A stretch of 64,000 nt of DNA. It comes from an uncultured Eubacteriales bacterium (lineage in GTDB: Bacteria; Bacillota; Peptococcia; Peptococcales; SKKY01). Where the stretch lies: NCBI GenBank assembly GCA_964574445.1, contig CAZNNQ010000006.1, positions 1,322 through 65,321 on the forward strand. The letters run 5' to 3'. The notes under the pieces are model-generated. The model made no database searches. It was not told the origin of the DNA and was given only the letters and a program-made list of their open reading frames with translations. The translations under genes and the position numbers were made by a program. This document shows positions 21,810 through 30,413 of this stretch, in pieces (position 1 is the stretch's first letter; every line of letters starts with the position of its first letter).

Positions 21810-23540
21810 ATGCCATTAGACGGTTTTACCTTATCATTTTTATGTAAAGAAACTGCTACTCTTTTGACTGGTTCAAGGGTGGATAAAATTTATCAAATGG
21901 ATAAATATTCATTATTAATAAACCTAAGGAATGAAGGGAAAAATCATAAGCTATTTTTATCAGCCCATCCACAAATGGGGCGTTTTTGCATAACTAAATT
22001 AAAGTATGAAAATCCTGAAAATCCCCCTATGTTCTGTATGGTTTTAAGAAAGTATCTTGAGGGTGGCAGACTCCTAGAGATTAAGCAAATTGGAATGGAG
22101 CGAATTGTTCACTTTATCTTTGAAACAACTAATGAATTAGGAGATAGGGTCACTAAAATATTAATTGGAGAATTCATGGGTAAACATAGCAATATTATGC
22201 TTATCGATGAAAATGAAAAAATAATCCATGATTCTTTGCAAAGGTTTCCTCTTTCTGAAAATAGTTTCAGAGAGATTACTCCAGGCAAAAAATATTATGA
22301 CCCACCAGCTCAAAATAAATTTCTTATGAGTGAAATCGGTCCTGATAATATTAAAGAAAGTTTTATTAAAAGATTTCATGAAGATTCTGTGGAAAAAGCA
22401 GTTTTATCAATTATTTCTGGAATCAGCCCAATATGTGCAAAAGAAATTTCTCTGAGAAGTGGACTTGAGCCTGGTACTCTTGTCGAGTTTTTAGGCGATA
22501 TAGATTATCAAAGGCTAGAAGAAACATTAAGGAATTTAAATTTATTACGAGAGAATAATCAAAATCAACCTTATATGATAAAAGATGGGGATCGTTATAT
22601 AGATTTCACACCATTAAAATATGAAGTCTATCAACACTTAGAAAACATCCCTTATGAAAACATGAATACTTTAGTTGAGGATTTTGTTGGTGGACGGGAT
22701 CGGTTAAATAAAGTCCAACAAAAAAAGGATCATTTAAAAAAGATTATAGAAAAAGAAATCTTAAAACTTGAAAAAAGGTTTGATATTAATCAGAAAAAGA
22801 TAAGCGACCTTAAAGAGAGTGAAAAATATAGAATCTGGGGAGACCTCATTACAGCTAATCTTTATCAACTAAAACAGGGAAAAGAAGCAGTTGTTTTAAA
22901 TTATTTCTCACCAGAACAAGAAGAAATGACTATAAAAATGGATGAACAACTGTCACCTAATCAGAATGCCCAAAAGTATTATAAAAGATACAACAAAGCA
23001 AAATCCGGAGCAGAAAATGCAAATCTTCAACTTGATCTTATTTCTCAAGAAATGAAATATCTTGAAAGTATTCTTACAAGTATAGAAACAGCTAAGGACT
23101 CAAAAATTCTTGATGAAATTCAACGAGAGATGATTGAAGAGGATTATCTTAAAAAGGATTTCAAAGAAAAAAAAGGGAAAAAGAAGGAAAAGGAAGTTAC
23201 CCTAGATAAAATTGAGTTTATGGGTTTTGATATTTATGTTGGACACAACAACAAACAAAATGACTATCTTACGATGAAGTTTGCTTCTTCATCCGACTTA
23301 TGGTTCCATGTTAAAGACATGCCCGGATCACATGTTCTTGTAAGAAATCCAAACCGGGAAGAAATTCCAGAAGATGTCTTAAATAAAGCAGCTGAGCTAG
23401 CCGCCTTAAATAGTAAAGGGAAAAATGCAAAGATTGTCCCTGTAGATTACACCCTTAAAAAACACGTAAAAAAACCAAAGGGAGGCAAACCAGGATTCGT
23501 TACTTATGAAAACGCAAAAACTATTCAAATAAGACTGTGA
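21810..23540 (+). CDS. rqcH: NFACT-family ribosome quality-control protein (RqcH / FbpA-like)
   Basis: The ORF begins MPLDGFTL, has central coiled coils, and carries a C-terminal NFACT-R region (DLWFHVKDMPGSHV). I set the start at the ATG after GGGAGA. Confidence 0.85.
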   Translation: MPLDGFTLSFLCKETATLLTGSRVDKIYQMDKYSLLINLRNEGKNHKLFLSAHPQMGRFCITKLKYENPENPPMFCMVLRKYLEGGRLLEIKQIGMERIVHFIFETTNELGDRVTKILIGEFMGKHSNIMLIDENEKIIHDSLQRFPLSENSFREITPGKKYYDPPAQNKFLMSEIGPDNIKESFIKRFHEDSVEKAVLSIISGISPICAKEISLRSGLEPGTLVEFLGDIDYQRLEETLRNLNLLRENNQNQPYMIKDGDRYIDFTPLKYEVYQHLENIPYENMNTLVEDFVGGRDRLNKVQQKKDHLKKIIEKEILKLEKRFDINQKKISDLKESEKYRIWGDLITANLYQLKQGKEAVVLNYFSPEQEEMTIKMDEQLSPNQNAQKYYKRYNKAKSGAENANLQLDLISQEMKYLESILTSIETAKDSKILDEIQREMIEEDYLKKDFKEKKGKKKEKEVTLDKIEFMGFDIYVGHNNKQNDYLTMKFASSSDLWFHVKDMPGSHVLVRNPNREEIPEDVLNKAAELAALNSKGKNAKIVPVDYTLKKHVKKPKGGKPGFVTYENAKTIQIRL

Positions 23541-23545
23541 GGTGG

Positions 23546-23687
23546 AGGGGACGCTTCCATCTGGTTCGTTTTATCCACAGGTTCAAAAAAGCTAGGCCCT
23601 TAGCATTTGAAAACGCTAAGGGCCTAGCTTTTTTTATATAATTTATTTTTTCCTGTGGATAAGTTGGGTCAAATGGAAGCGTCCCCT
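23546..23687. repeat. 142-bp imperfect palindrome containing two inverted DnaA-box 9-mers
   Basis: The outer arm AGGGGACGCTTCCAT (23546-23560) pairs with ATGGAAGCGTCCCCT (23673-23687). The inner arm TTATCCACAGG (23571-23581) pairs with CCTGTGGATAA (23652-23662). The 10 nt between the arm segments do not pair. Confidence 0.8.
23585..23635. terminator. bidirectional intrinsic terminator between rqcH and pflA
   Basis: A perfect 15-bp stem AGCTAGGCCCTTAGC / GCTAAGGGCCTAGCT has a 10-nt loop and is flanked by A6 and T7 runs. Confidence 0.9.
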
Positions 23688-24394
23688 AAGCGTTTTTCGA
23701 ATTCTTTTGCTTCTTTGTTGGTTGTTTCTGGATGATTTTCCAAATTATACCCTAATCCTAACTCTTTGTATTTATAACTTCCTAACTGATGAAAGGGTAA
23801 AATTTCCACCTTAATTAAATTATCTATACTTATTAATATATTTTTTAATTTTTGAATTCCCTCTTCTTGATCATTGATTCCACTAACTAGAACATATCTA
23901 GCCCAAACTTTTTTATTATATTTATTTAAAATTCTTATAAATTCAGGAAGATCATATTTTTCTCTACCTGTCATTCTCCTATAACTATCCCTATCGGAAC
24001 CTTTTATGTCTAGAATAACTTGATCAGACAATTCTATAATTTTTTCCAATTTTCCTATATCTGGTATCAATATACCTGAAGTGTCAACAGCTGTATTAAT
24101 CCCTTCTTTTTTACAGGCCTCTAAAATTTTTATCAGAAAGTCCCACTGCATAAGAGGCTCTCCACCAGAAAAGGTGACTCCTCCTCCTGATGCTTTATAA
24201 TAATTTTTATACTTCAAAATCTTTTCCATTAGCCTGGAAACAGTATATTCTTTCCCTTCGTTAAAACTCCAAGTGTCTGGATTATGACAATAAATACAAC
24301 GCAGTGGACATCCTTGAAAAAAAATTACAGTCCTGATTCCTGGCCCATCAAAAAATCCACTTGTTTCAATTGAATGTATATATCCTTTATCCAT
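23669..24394 (-). CDS. pflA: pyruvate formate-lyase activating enzyme (radical SAM)
   Basis: The ORF contains FFQGCPLRCIYCHNPDTW and GGVTFSGGEPL. I chose the ATG (MDKGYIHS); the track start 12 nt upstream is a TTG that overlaps the end of pflB. Confidence 0.9.
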   Translation of the reverse strand: MDKGYIHSIETSGFFDGPGIRTVIFFQGCPLRCIYCHNPDTWSFNEGKEYTVSRLMEKILKYKNYYKASGGGVTFSGGEPLMQWDFLIKILEACKKEGINTAVDTSGILIPDIGKLEKIIELSDQVILDIKGSDRDSYRRMTGREKYDLPEFIRILNKYNKKVWARYVLVSGINDQEEGIQKLKNILISIDNLIKVEILPFHQLGSYKYKELGLGYNLENHPETTNKEAKEFEKRLGDASI

Positions 24395-24399
24395 TTCTA

Positions 24400-26628
24400 T
24401 CAGCAACCCATGGAGTAGTGAAAAGTTCTATTTATAACTTCTTTCTTTTGTTCTTCTGTAAGTCTATTAAAATGAACAGCATATCCTGAAACTCTTATAG
24501 TAAGATTAGGATATTTCTCCGGATTCTCCATTGCATCTAAAAGTTTTTCTCTCTGAAGAACATTTACATTCAAATGATGTCCCCCTTGCATAAAATATCC
24601 ATCGATTAAAAATGAAAGTTTTTCTGATCTTTCTCCTTCATCTTTGGATAAAGCAGTTGGAACAATTGATAAGGTGTTAGATACCCCATCCTGACAAACA
24701 CACTTGTAAGGAATTTTTGCAACGGAATTTAGTGCTGCAAGTGCACCAGAAACATCTCTGCCATGCATTGGATTTGCCCCCGGAGCAAAAGCTTCACCTG
24801 ACATCCTTCCATCTGGAGTTGCACCAGTCTTTTTACCATAAACAACGTTAGAAGTTATTGTTAGAACCGACAAAGTGTGTTCAGCATCTCTGTATAATGG
24901 ATGCTTTTTTAATTCTCCAACAAAATATTCAAGCACCTCAAGAGCTATATTATCTACCGAATCATCGTCATTACCATACTTAGGAAAATCTCCTTCAGTA
25001 TTAAAATCAACTGCAATTCCATTCTCTCTAACTGGTCTAACTGTAGCAAATTTAATTGCACTTAACGAATCTGCTACAACAGATAAACCAGCTACACCAA
25101 AAGCCATATATCGATGTATCTCGTTATCGTGAAGGGCCATCATTATTTTTTCATAAGCATATTTATCATGCATGTAATGGATAATGTTCATTGCGTTAAC
25201 ATACTGCTCTGCAACATATTCAAGAACTTTATAATAGTTTGCCTTTACCTTTTCATAGTTAAGTTCTTCATCTTCGATTTTTTCAATTCCATCTATAATT
25301 TTTTTACCACTTTTTTCATCAATACCACCATTTATTGCATATAAAAGAGATTTTCCAAGGTTACACCTTGCTCCAAAGAATTGCATTTCTTTACCAATAC
25401 GCATTGCTGATACACAACAAGCAATTGCATAATCATCACCATAAATTGGTCTCATTAAGTCATCGCTTTCATACTGTATTGAATCAGTTTCTATAGAAAT
25501 CTTTGCACAATATTCTTTAAAGCCCTTAGGTAATTTTTCAGACCAAAGAATAGTTAGATTAGGCTCTGGGGCAGGACTTAAATTAGTTAGAGTATTAAGA
25601 ATTCTAAAAGAACTTTTTGTTACAAGAGTTCTTCCATCTTCAGACATGCCTCCAACTGATTCTGTAATCCAATTTGGATCTCCCGCAAAAAGCTCATTAT
25701 AATCAGGAGTACGAAGATGTCTCACAAATCTAAGTTTCATAACTAATTGGTCCATTAGTTCTTGAGCACCAGATTCATTTAATAAACCTTTTTGTATATC
25801 TCTTTCAAAATAAATATCAAGGAATGTACTTATCCTACCAATACTTGTAGCAGCACCATTATTTTCTTTTACACTAGCTAGATATGCAAAATATAAAAAT
25901 TGAACCGCTTCTCTGGAGTCTTTAGCTGGTAGACTTATATCAATTCCGTATTCCATAGCCATTAACTTCAGCTCTTCTAAAGCTCTTATCTCTTCTGAAA
26001 TTTCTTCAATTCTTCTAATGTTTTTTTCATTTATTAACTTGATATTTTTCTTATCTTTTTTCTTTTCACTGATTAATCTATCCACACCATATAAAGTAAC
26101 TCTTCGGTAATCACCAATTATTCTTCCTCTACCATATGCATCTGGAAGACCAGTTAAAATTGCAGCACTTCTCAGGTTTCTTATCTCATCTGTATAAACA
26201 TCAAAGACACCTTTATTATGAGTTTTTCTTATAGTATCAAAAATATCGAGAACACCATCTTGTGCTTCATAACCATAAGCTTCTAAGGACTCTTCTACCA
26301 TTCTAAGACCACCATAAGGATTCATCATTCTTTTTAGTGGAGCGTCTGTTTGAAATCCTAGGATTATTTCATTTTCTTTATCTAAATATCCAGCTTTAAA
26401 ATTATTTATTCCAGATATATTTTTTGTATCAATATCGAGAACTTCTTTTTCTAACTCCTCTTTTAAAAGCCTTTCGGATTTTCCCCATAACTCTTTTGTC
26501 TTTTCCGTTGCTCCAACCAAAAATTCTTCGTTACCTTCATATGGAACATAATTTTTTTGAATAAAATCCCTTACGTCAATATTATTATTCCAGTTCCCTG
26601 TATTAAATCCATCCCATTGTTTGAACAT
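24400..26628 (-). CDS. pflB: formate C-acetyltransferase (pyruvate formate-lyase)
   Basis: The 742-aa ORF has the active-site CCVS and the glycyl-radical motif RVSGYAV near the C-terminus. Confidence 0.95.
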   Translation of the reverse strand: MFKQWDGFNTGNWNNNIDVRDFIQKNYVPYEGNEEFLVGATEKTKELWGKSERLLKEELEKEVLDIDTKNISGINNFKAGYLDKENEIILGFQTDAPLKRMMNPYGGLRMVEESLEAYGYEAQDGVLDIFDTIRKTHNKGVFDVYTDEIRNLRSAAILTGLPDAYGRGRIIGDYRRVTLYGVDRLISEKKKDKKNIKLINEKNIRRIEEISEEIRALEELKLMAMEYGIDISLPAKDSREAVQFLYFAYLASVKENNGAATSIGRISTFLDIYFERDIQKGLLNESGAQELMDQLVMKLRFVRHLRTPDYNELFAGDPNWITESVGGMSEDGRTLVTKSSFRILNTLTNLSPAPEPNLTILWSEKLPKGFKEYCAKISIETDSIQYESDDLMRPIYGDDYAIACCVSAMRIGKEMQFFGARCNLGKSLLYAINGGIDEKSGKKIIDGIEKIEDEELNYEKVKANYYKVLEYVAEQYVNAMNIIHYMHDKYAYEKIMMALHDNEIHRYMAFGVAGLSVVADSLSAIKFATVRPVRENGIAVDFNTEGDFPKYGNDDDSVDNIALEVLEYFVGELKKHPLYRDAEHTLSVLTITSNVVYGKKTGATPDGRMSGEAFAPGANPMHGRDVSGALAALNSVAKIPYKCVCQDGVSNTLSIVPTALSKDEGERSEKLSFLIDGYFMQGGHHLNVNVLQREKLLDAMENPEKYPNLTIRVSGYAVHFNRLTEEQKKEVINRTFHYSMGC

Positions 26629-26649
26629 TCTAAATATTTACCTCCTAAA

Positions 26650-26758
26650 AAATAAAATCCACCTGGGCTTTAAACTCAAGTGGCCCAGGCGGTCGGCAAA
26701 TTCAAGATCATACTTCCTTGTGGTTAACTCCACTTCCGCCAGTTGTAAGATCATTTAT
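26650..26758 (-). ncRNA. ZTP (ZMP/ZTP, pfl-motif) riboswitch with intrinsic-terminator expression platform
   Basis: The minus-strand RNA reads AUGAUCUUACAACUGGCGGAAGUGGAGUUAACCACAAGGAAGUAUGAUCUUGAAUUUGCCGACCGCCUGGGCC. It contains the conserved ACUGGCG, the GUGG-loop-CCAC P2 hairpin, and the 3' CCGACCGCCUGGGC element. CCGCCUGGGC can alternatively pair with downstream GCCCAGGUGG, which is followed by AUUUUAUUUUUU. Confidence 0.9.
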
Positions 26759-26771
26759 CTAATTAGTTGAT

Positions 26772-26800
26772 AATTTACCAGTAAAAAACCCTTTTGTCAA
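26772..26800 (-). promoter_or_regulatory. putative sigma-A promoter for the ZTP riboswitch and pflBA
   Basis: The minus strand reads TTGACA (26800-26795), a 17-nt spacer, then TAAATT (26777-26772). Confidence 0.55.
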
Positions 26801-26802
26801 AG

Positions 26803-27684
26803 TTATTTAATGTATGTGGTTAAAACACCAAGTTGGTCAATTTCACAACGAATTACATCATCTTTATTTACAAATTTATATGGTTTAAATCCTAGTCCTA
26901 CACCTGAAGGAGTTCCCGTTAAAATAATATCTCCACTTCTAAGAGTTAAACCTCTAGAAAGATCACTTATGATATGAGGTATTGAAAACACCAAATCTTT
27001 TGTGTTTGCATTCTGTCTTAACTCATCATTCACATAACATTTTAATTGTAAATTACTAGGATTTTTTAATTCATCTGCAGTCATTATATAAGGACCCATT
27101 GGAGCATAATTATCAACTGACTTACCTTTAAACCATTGGCCATGTTTACCTTGAAGATTTCTTGCTGACAAATCATTTGCTATTGTATATCCGAATATAT
27201 AATTAAAGGCTTTATCTTCACTTATATTTTTTCCTTCTTTTCCTATAATAACCGCCAACTCAACTTCATAATCGAGCATTTTTGTAAGTTCTTCATCGTA
27301 CTCAATCGATCCCTTGTCTTCGAAGGCGGGATATGCTATTTTACTGAAATATACAGGAAATTTTGGAATATTTGGTTTTTTATCCGTTTCTGTAAAAGCT
27401 ACTTCCTTAGCATGATCAGCATAATTCATACCTAGACAAAAAAGATTTCTACGAGGATATCTTATAGGAGCAAGTATTTTTACTTCCTCCAATAAATGAT
27501 CCTTTCCCTCTTTAAATTCCTTCAGAGCTAAAAAATCAATTTCATCTTTCTCTCCAACAATATCTATTAATTCCAACATATTTTCAAAAGGTTTATCTTC
27601 TTGTAACCCTATCTCCACAACTTTGTTACCTTCAATATAACCTACTTTTTCTTTTCCTTCTGCAAAAAATGTTACAAGTTTCAT
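26803..27684 (-). CDS. fumarylacetoacetate hydrolase (FAH) family protein
   Basis: The 293-aa ORF has the FAH fold pattern (DYEVELAVIIGK, GTPSGVG). Confidence 0.85.
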   Translation of the reverse strand: MKLVTFFAEGKEKVGYIEGNKVVEIGLQEDKPFENMLELIDIVGEKDEIDFLALKEFKEGKDHLLEEVKILAPIRYPRRNLFCLGMNYADHAKEVAFTETDKKPNIPKFPVYFSKIAYPAFEDKGSIEYDEELTKMLDYEVELAVIIGKEGKNISEDKAFNYIFGYTIANDLSARNLQGKHGQWFKGKSVDNYAPMGPYIMTADELKNPSNLQLKCYVNDELRQNANTKDLVFSIPHIISDLSRGLTLRSGDIILTGTPSGVGLGFKPYKFVNKDDVIRCEIDQLGVLTTYIK

Positions 27685-27740
27685 ATTATCAACCCTTTCT
27701 GCATTACTTAAATCTATTATATTATAATACTTTCTTTAAT

Positions 27741-27775
27741 AAAAAAAACCCCGTTTTATAAACGGGGTCTTTTCT
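27741..27775 (-). terminator. intrinsic terminator after serA
   Basis: An 8-bp GC-rich stem ACCCCGTT / AACGGGGT has a 5-nt loop and is followed on the minus strand by T8. Confidence 0.85.
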
Positions 27776-27778
27776 GTA

Positions 27779-29386
27779 CTACATTATTACTAATTTAGCC
27801 ATTGTAATATTTTCAAGTTTTCCAATTTTTTCAAGAGATTCCTTTGAACATTCATTATCTATGCCCATTACCATTAATGCTTTTCTAGTTTCTAAGTCTC
27901 TTCCTACCTGCATTGTTGCAATATTGATTTCTTCTTCTCCAAGTAAAGTTCCAAGTTTTCCGATAACCCCTGGAACATCAAGGTTCTTAATAAATAGCAT
28001 ATATTTACTTGGAGTTAAATCCATTGAATATCCTTCAATTTCTAGTATCTTTGCTTCTCCTTTTGAGTCAACATTACCTGCAATGGAAAATTTGTCAGCT
28101 TTTGATTTAATACTTATTTTTACAAATTCGTTAAACCCAGCATATGCCTCGGCATTTTTCTTTTCATTTATTGTAATTCCTCTTTGTTCAGCTATTAATT
28201 TTGCATTTACATAATTTACTTTATCTAAAATTACCGGTTCTAGAACCCCTTTAACAGCTGCTAAAGTAAGCATTTCTGTTTCTTGTGAAGCCAATTTTCC
28301 GTAATATTTCACCGTAATTGACTCGATTGGTTCGCTTTTCAGCTGGAAGTATATTTTGCCAAATTTTTCTAAAGCAAGAATATATGGTTTTAAAGCTTTC
28401 ATATCTTCTCTGTTCAATGTAGGAAGGTTAACTGCATTTGCTACAACCTCACCATTTAATGCTGCAATAACTTGATTTGCAATTGTTACGCCAACATTTT
28501 CTTGAGCTTCATCTGTATCGGCTCCAATATGTGGTGTTACCACTACATTAGGTCTTCCCATCAAATTATGATTATCACTTGGTTCTTTTTCGTGAACATC
28601 TAAAGCAGCACTTCTTACTTTACCACTATCTAAATATTTAATAAGGGCAGATTCTTTAATAATTCCACCTCGTGCATCATTAACAAGACGAACACCTTGC
28701 TTCATTAATTCAAATTGAGGTTCATCAATCATCCCATTTGTCTCTGGTGTTTTAGGGGTATGAATTGTGATAATATCTGATCTTTGAAGTAATTCTTCAA
28801 GAGTATCTACTTTTTCTGCTCCAAATTGCTTAAATCTTTCATCCGTTATATAAGGGTCATAGGCAATAATCGTAGTTTGAAAAGATTTCAATCTTGTTGC
28901 AACAAGAGATCCTATCTTACCCAAGCCAATAACTCCTATTGTTTTTCCAAATAATTCCGTACCTTTAAAAAATGAACGGTCCCATTCTCCCGATTTAAGC
29001 TGACGATCCGCTGCAGGTATATTTCTAGCAGAAGCAAGAAGAAGAGCTACTGCATGCTCAGCAGCAGAAACTGTATTACTTTCAGGTGTATTTGCCACAA
29101 CTACACCATACTTTGTTGCTTCATCCAATACGATATTATCAATTCCATTACCAGCTCTACCAACAACTTTTAATTTTGAAGCTTTGGACAGAAGTTCTTC
29201 GTTAACCTGAGTTGCGCTTCTGACAATTAAAGCATCGAACTCGCCGATTACATCCAGAAGTTCCTGCCGGCTCATCTTCGTACCATCAACTACCTCAAGA
29301 GATTTTTTTAATACTTCTAAACCTTCATTAGACATAGCTTCTGATACAATAACTTTAAATTTTTCCATTTGAAGAATAGCCCCCAT
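27779..29386 (-). CDS. serA: D-3-phosphoglycerate dehydrogenase (long form with ASB and ACT domains)
   Basis: The 535-aa ORF has the NAD-binding GLGKIGS, the catalytic HIGA/TPH region and a C-terminal ACT domain. An alternative start at Met7 is possible. Confidence 0.9.
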   Translation of the reverse strand: MGAILQMEKFKVIVSEAMSNEGLEVLKKSLEVVDGTKMSRQELLDVIGEFDALIVRSATQVNEELLSKASKLKVVGRAGNGIDNIVLDEATKYGVVVANTPESNTVSAAEHAVALLLASARNIPAADRQLKSGEWDRSFFKGTELFGKTIGVIGLGKIGSLVATRLKSFQTTIIAYDPYITDERFKQFGAEKVDTLEELLQRSDIITIHTPKTPETNGMIDEPQFELMKQGVRLVNDARGGIIKESALIKYLDSGKVRSAALDVHEKEPSDNHNLMGRPNVVVTPHIGADTDEAQENVGVTIANQVIAALNGEVVANAVNLPTLNREDMKALKPYILALEKFGKIYFQLKSEPIESITVKYYGKLASQETEMLTLAAVKGVLEPVILDKVNYVNAKLIAEQRGITINEKKNAEAYAGFNEFVKISIKSKADKFSIAGNVDSKGEAKILEIEGYSMDLTPSKYMLFIKNLDVPGVIGKLGTLLGEEEINIATMQVGRDLETRKALMVMGIDNECSKESLEKIGKLENITMAKLVIM

Positions 29387-29442
29387 TCATTTTTTATTCC
29401 TTCCGTGAAAAACAAATGTTTTCTCAGAAAAAACTTTTACAT

Positions 29443-29470
29443 ATTATAACACATTAAGTTCCTCTTTCAA
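29443..29470 (-). promoter_or_regulatory. putative sigma-A promoter for serA
   Basis: The minus strand reads TTGAAA (29470-29465), a 16-nt spacer, then TGtTATAAT (extended -10, TATAAT at 29448-29443). Confidence 0.55.
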
Positions 29471-29521
29471 GTCTTTAAATTTATTATAATAATTACAATT
29501 TCAGAAGATTCGGAAAAAATG

Positions 29522-29550
29522 TTGACTTTTTACCCATAATGTTGTAATAT
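29522..29550 (+). promoter_or_regulatory. putative sigma-A promoter driving the unclassified RNA unit
   Basis: TTGACT (29522-29527), a 17-nt spacer, then TAATAT (29545-29550). Confidence 0.55.
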
Positions 29551-29556
29551 TTAGTT

Positions 29557-29852
29557 ACCAGAAAGGGCAATAGCTCTGACTGGAGGTGCAAGCTTACAAT
29601 TATCTCACTCTGGAACTCTAAGAATTCAGAGGATAAATCCAGAAAATTGAGTTGGGAGCGACTTAAATGCTCAGAATAGTTAAAGTTTTCGGTATTCAAG
29701 GGGCAATGAAAGAGGAGAAAAACTAAGAATGACACCTAATAATAATAAAGGAGGTACTGAATTTGCAGTACAGCCACTTATTAAAGGATCCGGCGAAAGT
29801 TTAAGCTGACTTTACAAAGTTAGAATAAACGATTAACCGGATTCCTTTTTTT
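29557..29852 (+). ncRNA. unclassified structured RNA of about 300 nt (candidate riboswitch leader or stand-alone sRNA) ending in a terminator-like helix plus T7
   Basis: The unit lies between the promoter above and the GGATCCGG (29786-29793) / CCGGATTCC (29837-29845) helix, which is followed by TTTTTTT (29846-29852). It contains a repeated motif pair: AGGGCAAT...GGAGGTGCAAG, and GGGGCAAT...GGAGGTACTGAA. I could not assign it to a known family by eye. Confidence 0.4.
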
Positions 29853-29901
29853 ATTAAAAACTGTTATAATTCCCATACAAAAATGAGAAGGAAGGAAAAA
29901 C

Positions 29902-30411
29902 ATGAATAACAACAAAGAATTGTCTCTCACGAGAAAATTAACATTAACAGCTTTAATCTCAGCATTAGTCACCGTATCAACAATGATAATTCAAATTCCA
30001 ATACCTAGTGGTTACATTCATGGTGGAGATACAATAATTATTTTTGCCGCTGTTTTTTTCGGTCCACTTTATGGGGCTGTTGCAGCCGGAATCGGTTCAA
30101 TGCTTGCTGATATCTTAACTGGTTACGCTATATGGGCTTTCCCGACTCTTATAGTAAAAACTATTATGGCCCTTATTATTGGTAAATTAGCTTATCAAGG
30201 TTCTATACCAATTTTTAATCTTAAAACTTATGTAGGTATAATTGCCGGAATTCTTTGGATGGTTATAGGATATTACCTACTAGGTGGCCTATTAGTAGAT
30301 AGTTTTGAAATAGCCCTTGCCTCAATACCATTTAATATTATTCAGGGTATTGGAGGAATGATAATTTTTATTCCTATAGGATTAGCCTTAAAAGGGAAAA
30401 TAAAATTCTAA
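29902..30411 (+). CDS. ECF-transporter substrate-binding (S) component, substrate unknown
   Basis: The 169-aa ORF has 5-6 TM segments and the pattern GD..II.AA.FFGP..GA.AAGIGS.LADILTGY, typical of ECF S components. A GAAGGAAGGA SD lies upstream. No ecfA or ecfT gene is adjacent. Confidence 0.8.
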   Translation: MNNNKELSLTRKLTLTALISALVTVSTMIIQIPIPSGYIHGGDTIIIFAAVFFGPLYGAVAAGIGSMLADILTGYAIWAFPTLIVKTIMALIIGKLAYQGSIPIFNLKTYVGIIAGILWMVIGYYLLGGLLVDSFEIALASIPFNIIQGIGGMIIFIPIGLALKGKIKF

Positions 30412-30413
30412 TA

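Noticed and set aside
29564-29600. AGGGCAAUAG...GUGCAAGC read as a c-di-GMP-I (GEMM), Mn2+ (yybP-ykoY) or cobalamin core
   Set aside because: Only short strings match (GGGCAA, GCAAGC, AAAGGG.A.UAGC). The partner helices and the second conserved halves of those aptamers are not present. This is kept only as a note inside the unclassified-RNA finding.
29493-29735. 80-aa minus-strand ORF in the serA / ECF-S intergenic region
   Set aside because: It lies antisense to the promoter-driven plus-strand RNA unit and has no SD. Its composition is low-complexity and hydrophobic, typical of AT-rich antisense frames. It starts upstream of the serA promoter, in the wrong context for expression.
29747-29780. 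AAAGGAGGTACTG read as a T-box sequence, which would make the ECF-S leader a T-box
   Set aside because: The invariant UGGN bulge and ACCGCG are absent; the sequence is AGGUACUG. No full Stem I, specifier loop or AG-bay can be built. The genuine T-box in this window (52028-52222) shows what the motif looks like in this genome.
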